From contig CM119372.1 of assembly GCA_051294905.1 (NCBI GenBank), positions 38,628,001-38,692,000 of the forward strand: a DNA stretch of 64,000 nucleotides, written 5' to 3'. Origin of the DNA: Botryllus schlosseri (lineage: Eukaryota). The notes under the pieces are model-generated. The model did not search any database, had not been told where the DNA came from, and worked only from the letters and a program-made list of their open reading frames with translations. Positions 58,257 to 64,000 of this stretch are shown here, in pieces (position 1 is the first letter of the stretch; every line of letters starts with the position of its first letter). The translations under genes and the position numbers were made by a program.

Positions 58257-59496
58257 AGTATCGTAACTAAGTTACATTAGGCTCAACAAGAAACAAAAAC
58301 AGAAATGGTTACGATGTGAATATGAAAAAATGTCATGCAGGCTGCCCAGGATGAGGAATGAGCCGGGAAGGGATGGGTATTAGGGGTGTTCTAAAACAAC
58401 TCTTTTTTCAATTTCACTGGCAAAGTTGATAAAATTGTTTAGAAATAAACGATTGAAAATTTAGCCGAATTCACAACCTCTAAAAGCGAAATTAAGTAAA
58501 GTGGAAAATTTTAGATTCAGAAAATCAGTATTTAGGCTACGCTGGGTACGGTAATTCTACATATAATAATGATATTACTGGCACGTATAGTTTATTTTTT
58601 GATGACTTTATCAACTAGTCAGTAAAATTTTAGTTATTTTCGAACAGTATGTATATCTAAATTCAATTTCTTCCTCAGAAAATCAAAATATTCTAGAATA
58701 AATTAGAATATCCATATTCACATGAAGAGATGGATTCGATATCGATTAATCAACTGCCACATAAGCCTATCACTTATAACGACAACAGCGCAAAACTCTG
58801 TCTCGAAGATCTAGTGATTTACTGTGGTAATGTCATGAAATTACATATTTTAGAGTCATGAGAATATCGCCATATTATGGTAACTCTTCCACTGAAATCG
58901 ATAAAGATTCATAGCCAAGACAAACAACCAAAGGTATTCGATATCTATAAAAGGTAGCACACAGTGGAAGCTGTTGAGTTAATTGTAAAGGATATGCATT
59001 GTAGCATATTGCGATAAGCGAAAAAAATGCATTCTTGTGAGTACCTATCACAACATTGTAGAACATAGTTTCTGCATTGCAACATGCTACTTACTGGACA
59101 CTCCAAAATTGCCATAGCAAACCCATAATAATCAGATCAATCAATCAAATTGAGTTATACTGGTAATTTCTGAATGTAAAGGGATCTCAGTCCTTTGCTT
59201 ATCTATAGGAAACATAAAGAGGTTCCACAATGACACATTGCTTACAATCAAAATACCTCTACAATACAGAGATTTTAACAATTTCTCAGATCAACAAGCT
59301 CACTGATAGATAAACCCGCGGCATCTACAGTTCAGTGACTGATGCAACAGAAATCAATATTAGTTAAAAATAAACTCCTAGTCAAACTGCCCTGCCCTCA
59401 AAATGTGAAGTCATTTCTACTCATAAATGCATCATATTGACAGGACATTGGCAGGCGCATGTTTATTTATCTCACGATTCCAGATAGGATCTAGCT

Positions 59497-59785
59497 CAGG
59501 GGTTCTTGAGCTTTTTTGATCTCGGATACCCTTAAAGTTTTGTGGCCGAATGGGCATACCCTGAAATTGGAGAAACTGGTGATTGGAAGGTCATTAGATC
59601 AAGCTGAATGCTGTTTAGGCTATTGCATGCCTGAAATAGCATACCAGATGACTAGATAAGAAAGTCACAACCCCACTTATGACCTCATTATCAAAGGATG
59701 TTTTTTTGAAGTTTCTCATCATATGCCTGGCCTTTCAAGGAAGCCCTTGGAAACTAGTTTATGGGCCCCAGTTTAAGAAGTCGTG
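59497..59785. mobile_element. hAT (Charlie-like) MITE
   Basis: CAGGGGTTCTT...AAGAAGTCGTG; perfect TSD ATCTAGCT. Confidence 0.75.
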
Positions 59786-61383
59786 ATCTAGCTGATTGAT
59801 ATCACAGTTTTAATGAGCCAAGGCTATCATTTTTAAATAAACAAGCACAATGGGACTGTAGTGCCCAAAGCAAATATGAGCCAGATAGTAGATAGGCAAC
59901 TTGCTAAGGCAGTGAAACGGTTTGCTCATTTGACATGAAAAATTTGGGAAAGGCAATTGGACGAGGGACATATAAAGAAATACTGTCTACAGCAAAAGGA
60001 ATGAAGTGAACTAGCAATTGAGAGACATAGCTGAGTCATAAATTACACCTTTCTGGGCACATACCAGTACACTAAAAATAGAACTCTATTGTTGAGTCCG
60101 TGAGCTCAACGTATCAGGCCTCAGAAAATAACTTTCTAGGGATGTGTGATTGTTCAGGACAGGTTCAAAACGTTAGTCAAAGATTTTCCAAAGTGACTAA
60201 ACCACTGAAATAATCAACAACACTCATTTCTGGATGGAATAAGCACGCCTACATCTAATGGATGGAGGTAAATTTCATTCTCTTCACCCCAACCATCAGA
60301 ATTTGCAATCAAAAAATGAGAAACGTCTCCCTTGAGTCAAAAACGCAATGTGGTAATACAGGAGCATGCCTTTTATAAGAGTAGGCTAATTACAGTACGC
60401 ATTTTAAGTATGGTAGGTAAAGAACAAATGAACGCAAATGCACAACTATGACACGAACAAAGTGAAGGGTTCAATTAATCATTAAGTCCGGTCAAAATCC
60501 AGTACCTGGGGTGTGGTTTCAATCGGAGTGGAGTATCAAGCTTCGAGTTTAGTATCACATATTACGACGCCATGCACACAAACAGGAGAATTCTGAAAGG
60601 TGAAATAGGTAGGCTACCTTCCATTTATTCATGAATAAAATATTGCCAGTTGAACTTTGTCAGAAAAATTTCATATTCGCCTTCCAAAGATATGACATAA
60701 CGCATTATAACAAAACCGCAGATTGATCGCTACTTCAAGGAAATTTCATTTTTACTAACACAGGTACCACTTTTCCGCATGTTTTGGATGCTGCTGGTGA
60801 AGTAAATGTCTGCACTTTGATTCTCATTGAAAAATAATTATTTGTCGCACAACGCATACATATGAAGTACTCAAAAAAGTAACTAGCACTGCTTGTCTTG
60901 AATCATTAAAATCAATACTTTTACATCATTAACAACATGACCGTCATTCATCAGTGCTACCCAATAACATAGGGAAATTTAAGGTATCTGAAATTGGTTT
61001 ACGATTATGGTAGGCCTATCATAGGATTATGGTGGAGGTATGCCATGTTTAGGGTTGGGGAATTGTAAAGTCCGAGATGGCCCATCTTGGTATGAGCGTT
61101 GGTGAATCGTCTGATTAGGAATGAGATGTTGTAAAATTGTGGGCTCTGCGTTAGTGCTACGTCGCAGGGTTATGTTATTGAATGCTGCTCGGATACCCTA
61201 ACTCTAGAGAATTATGAAAGCCATACATTTCGACACACTCATTGGAAACCGTGATTGGTCATATTGTTGTGGACCTATCGAATCATTGTGCTAGGCCGTA
61301 ATCGTGAAACTAACCCACATACTTTGTTCGAATACCCCGTTCAATATTAAACACATGGGTAAAGAAAAAAGAGGGTACCCAAA

Positions 61384-62337
61384 TTAATGTGCAAACTCGT
61401 CTTTCTTGTCAATATAAAGCACGGTTCTGTCCCGTAAATCCAATTGCGCCAACGTCTGTTTCCAGTCCGCGATAAGTAATTTGGGCACGCGTACCATCGA
61501 ATATATATCGCAATGCTTCGCGGGCGTGCGCATTTTTGACTGCGCGAACTGCATCACACCGTGTATAGTGTCTTTCGGAGAGAAGTAACGTTCAACGCGC
61601 CTACCGTCGGGTAGTTTTAACGCCAGTTTCAATCTGTCTTGAGTTTCGTCTGGAGGTGGCATCAATTTCGATGTACTTGTTGCTTTCTTATAAAACACAG
61701 ACACAGAACTTGAAGTACGGGATTTTTTACGTACAGGGCCATCTTGATGGGACGAGTGAGACGGCGGTGTTGGATTTGTGATTTTACGCTGCAATTCATG
61801 ATTACCATTTCGTTGCATAGGCCTACTCTGTGCATTTTCAGGACGATTTTGTGCATAGGGCGTAGATTCATGCTTTATTTTCGAATGATCGCGTGCATCT
61901 TTGTTTAATTTCGCACTGTCTAGTATCATTTGTTGCGCAAATGAAGACATGAGCTCCATTTCAAGTTCACTTTGCGCAGGGCTGATGCTTCTAACGTCCC
62001 CACCACCGCCTGTGCTAGAAGAAATACCTGGTAATATTCCGTATCTTGATAATGACGACACAGGTCTCGTGATGTCAGGCAATTGAGACGGGTCTACAGT
62101 CGATTCTGTCTCCTGCGGCTTGGGATTGGACTCCTCTTTTTTAGGTGCATAGGTTTTACTTTCTTTCTTTGTCCTGCTTGCGGTATTTCTCGTATTCCGA
62201 CCACGCCATGATGTGGATGGCTGAGGTGCGTGTCTTTGACTGCTAGTGGTCGGATTGGACGAATCTTGGTGCGGACGTGAGGGAGGTGTAGGCCTCAATT
62301 TTCCTTTAGCTGATTTTGGCCTTGCTGGACGATTCAT
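61384..62337 (-). CDS. UBXN10: UBX domain-containing protein 10 (p97/VCP adaptor)
   Basis: 317-aa ORF with N-terminal RPKSAKG, an SSLSRYGILPGI motif and a C-terminal UBX domain (LKLPDGRRVERYFSPKDT...TLAQLDL). Confidence 0.82.
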   Translation of the reverse strand: MNRPARPKSAKGKLRPTPPSRPHQDSSNPTTSSQRHAPQPSTSWRGRNTRNTASRTKKESKTYAPKKEESNPKPQETESTVDPSQLPDITRPVSSLSRYGILPGISSSTGGGGDVRSISPAQSELEMELMSSFAQQMILDSAKLNKDARDHSKIKHESTPYAQNRPENAQSRPMQRNGNHELQRKITNPTPPSHSSHQDGPVRKKSRTSSSVSVFYKKATSTSKLMPPPDETQDRLKLALKLPDGRRVERYFSPKDTIHGVMQFAQSKMRTPAKHCDIYSMVRVPKLLIADWKQTLAQLDLRDRTVLYIDKKDEFAH

Positions 62338-62454
62338 GTTGTGGAATTGACTCAGATCCGTGGCTACGTAATCTTAGAGATTTGTTCTGACATGACGGTG
62401 TTCTAATACAGACGGTTCTGTAAATACATGAACATTGAATTAGAATATAGCCTA

Positions 62455-63491
62455 CACTACAAATAAAATTGAACAAATTTGGTCTTAATGTCTCAAATCG
62501 ATTTTTTAGCAAAAAAAAGTCTTAAAAACCAAATAGTCTTACTGAGTACTTTCTATCTCAAAAGTTAAGACCCAAATTGATCGAAAATAGTAGCAGTGCT
62601 TTGGGGGCACCCTTTTGAGTGTTAGGTTCTGAGTGAAGGGGAAGCATGAGAGAGATCTGAATTTGAAGTGTTGGGATAATACTGTGCTAAGGAGTTTACA
62701 AGAAATTAACTAGATAATGTTATTAAGATAAATGCCACTTACCACTCAACATGTATATTCAGAACAATATATACGCTTGTCTGAATCAATTCTAGCTTTT
62801 GTGGTGAGTGGAAAAAATGAGACCAAAAAACTGCAAAATTCGTCTTAAAAGCAAGACTTAAAAAACTGAAGCATCATAATATCGCAATAAGCTAGTTGTG
62901 ACAATGTGTTTTTGTCTCATGACAACTTTCCAGTCTTATTTTTAAGACCGGGTAACGCGACATTTCTTGACTAGGAGACTAGCAAAATTTGTTTTAAAAA
63001 CAGGACTGAAAAACTGTGGCATCAAAATTCCTCCTAATTTATAAGCTAGTTCTGTGTTGTGTTTTATGGAAACTTTACGGTCTTATTTTTAAGACCATGA
63101 ACCGCGATGTATTCAAAACAAAAACAAAAAAAACGAAGCATCAGAAGCTGTCTCAACAAGATAGTTGTGTCTTGTGTTCTTGTCTAATGACAACTTTCTG
63201 GTCTCATTTACAAGACAACAATCCATCCATCCAATTCGTCTTAAAAACAAGGCCAAAACACGGGTGAATCAAAAACTGTCTTAATAGGCACAATATGTCT
63301 TGAGATGCTTTTCATTGGGCTGATTTTTAACACCAAATGATCGTGACATTTTTATATGGTCTCAAAAAGCTGATTCAGTCCCAATTTTAAGACGTGACTT
63401 GATCAGTAAGACTGAAATTCCTGAAAATGAGACCAAATCATCCTAACATCTTAAATTGGAGACCAAATTTGTCTAATTTTTTTTTGTAGTG
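62455..63491. mobile_element. CACTA/EnSpm-type non-autonomous element
   Basis: CACTACAAA...TTTGTAGTG TIR of about 30 bp, flanked by TA; internal gtcttaaaaa / aagac repeats. Confidence 0.75.
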
Positions 63492-64000
63492 TACAGGTAG
63501 CGGAGAGGAGGCCAAGATGAGACACTTTTCTGATAATTCAACGCCACTCGAAGAGTAGAATGCCTTCTGAGGATAAATTTTGGTACTGATGGATTACTTG
63601 ACCCTTAAAAATCCTTGCTAAAATGTCTCAACTTACCCCCAGGGCCCAAGGTGAGGGTAAGATGAGACACGCTGTGTTCAAGATGAGACAACAAGCAATT
63701 CTTGCTCATAAACCACCAATTCATCCCAAATGATGAATCAACTAGCAACATCGTGAATAAAATATAATATTCATGAAATAATTCACTTTTGAAAAGAATT
63801 TGTACATCATATACAAATTTAAATGACATCGAAAACCAATTATCCATGAGATCCAGCAACAATAAGAGTTTTGTTATTATTTTGTCTTGTAATGTCACAT
63901 CTAGTAAACTACTAGATAAATACTACATTTTGTGTGCCTTCAACAGTAAATTTTGAATCTTGCGAGGCTTTCAATAGAAAAGCCCTCTGATACCCATGTC

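Noticed and set aside
59108..59121. RFX X-box candidates (aTTGCCATAGCAAa; also GTAACTAAGTTAC at 58264 and GTTTCATAGCAAC at 2491)
   Set aside because: Degenerate matches or located in an intronic TE; cannot be told from chance without conservation data.
63494..64000. Probable Tc1/pogo MITE start (TA|CAGGTAG...AAGATGAGACAC)
   Set aside because: The other end lies outside the window, so TIR and TSD cannot be verified.

Overview
AT-rich animal genomic DNA; an invertebrate such as an ascidian is plausible, but the taxon cannot be fixed from this window. Three protein-coding genes lie in tandem on the minus strand, and all have cilia/centrosome-associated vertebrate orthologues. UBXN10 (61384-62337) and TEX9 (56985-58256) each have a single coding exon. 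CPLANE1/JBTS17 starts at ATG 53932; I could chain about 32 phase-compatible GT-AG exons down to the left window edge (about 2,400 codons). The CPLANE1 introns are dense with transposons. These include a 5'-truncated Penelope-like retroelement (RT + GIY-YIG) with an inverted pLTR, and about ten short pLTR derivatives carrying a minimal hammerhead-ribozyme motif. There is also a long-TIR Sola2 element, a fold-back hATm-like element whose two arms both contain the transposase 3' end, two TTAA piggyBac-type non-autonomous elements with a tRNA-like Pol III cassette, and many hAT, Tc1/pogo and CACTA MITEs, often nested. TA-GGCC-TA and TA-CCG-TA motifs that look like excision footprints recur throughout. 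Gene and TE family names come from recalled motifs, not database searches. No CRISPR array, rRNA or intact tRNA was found.
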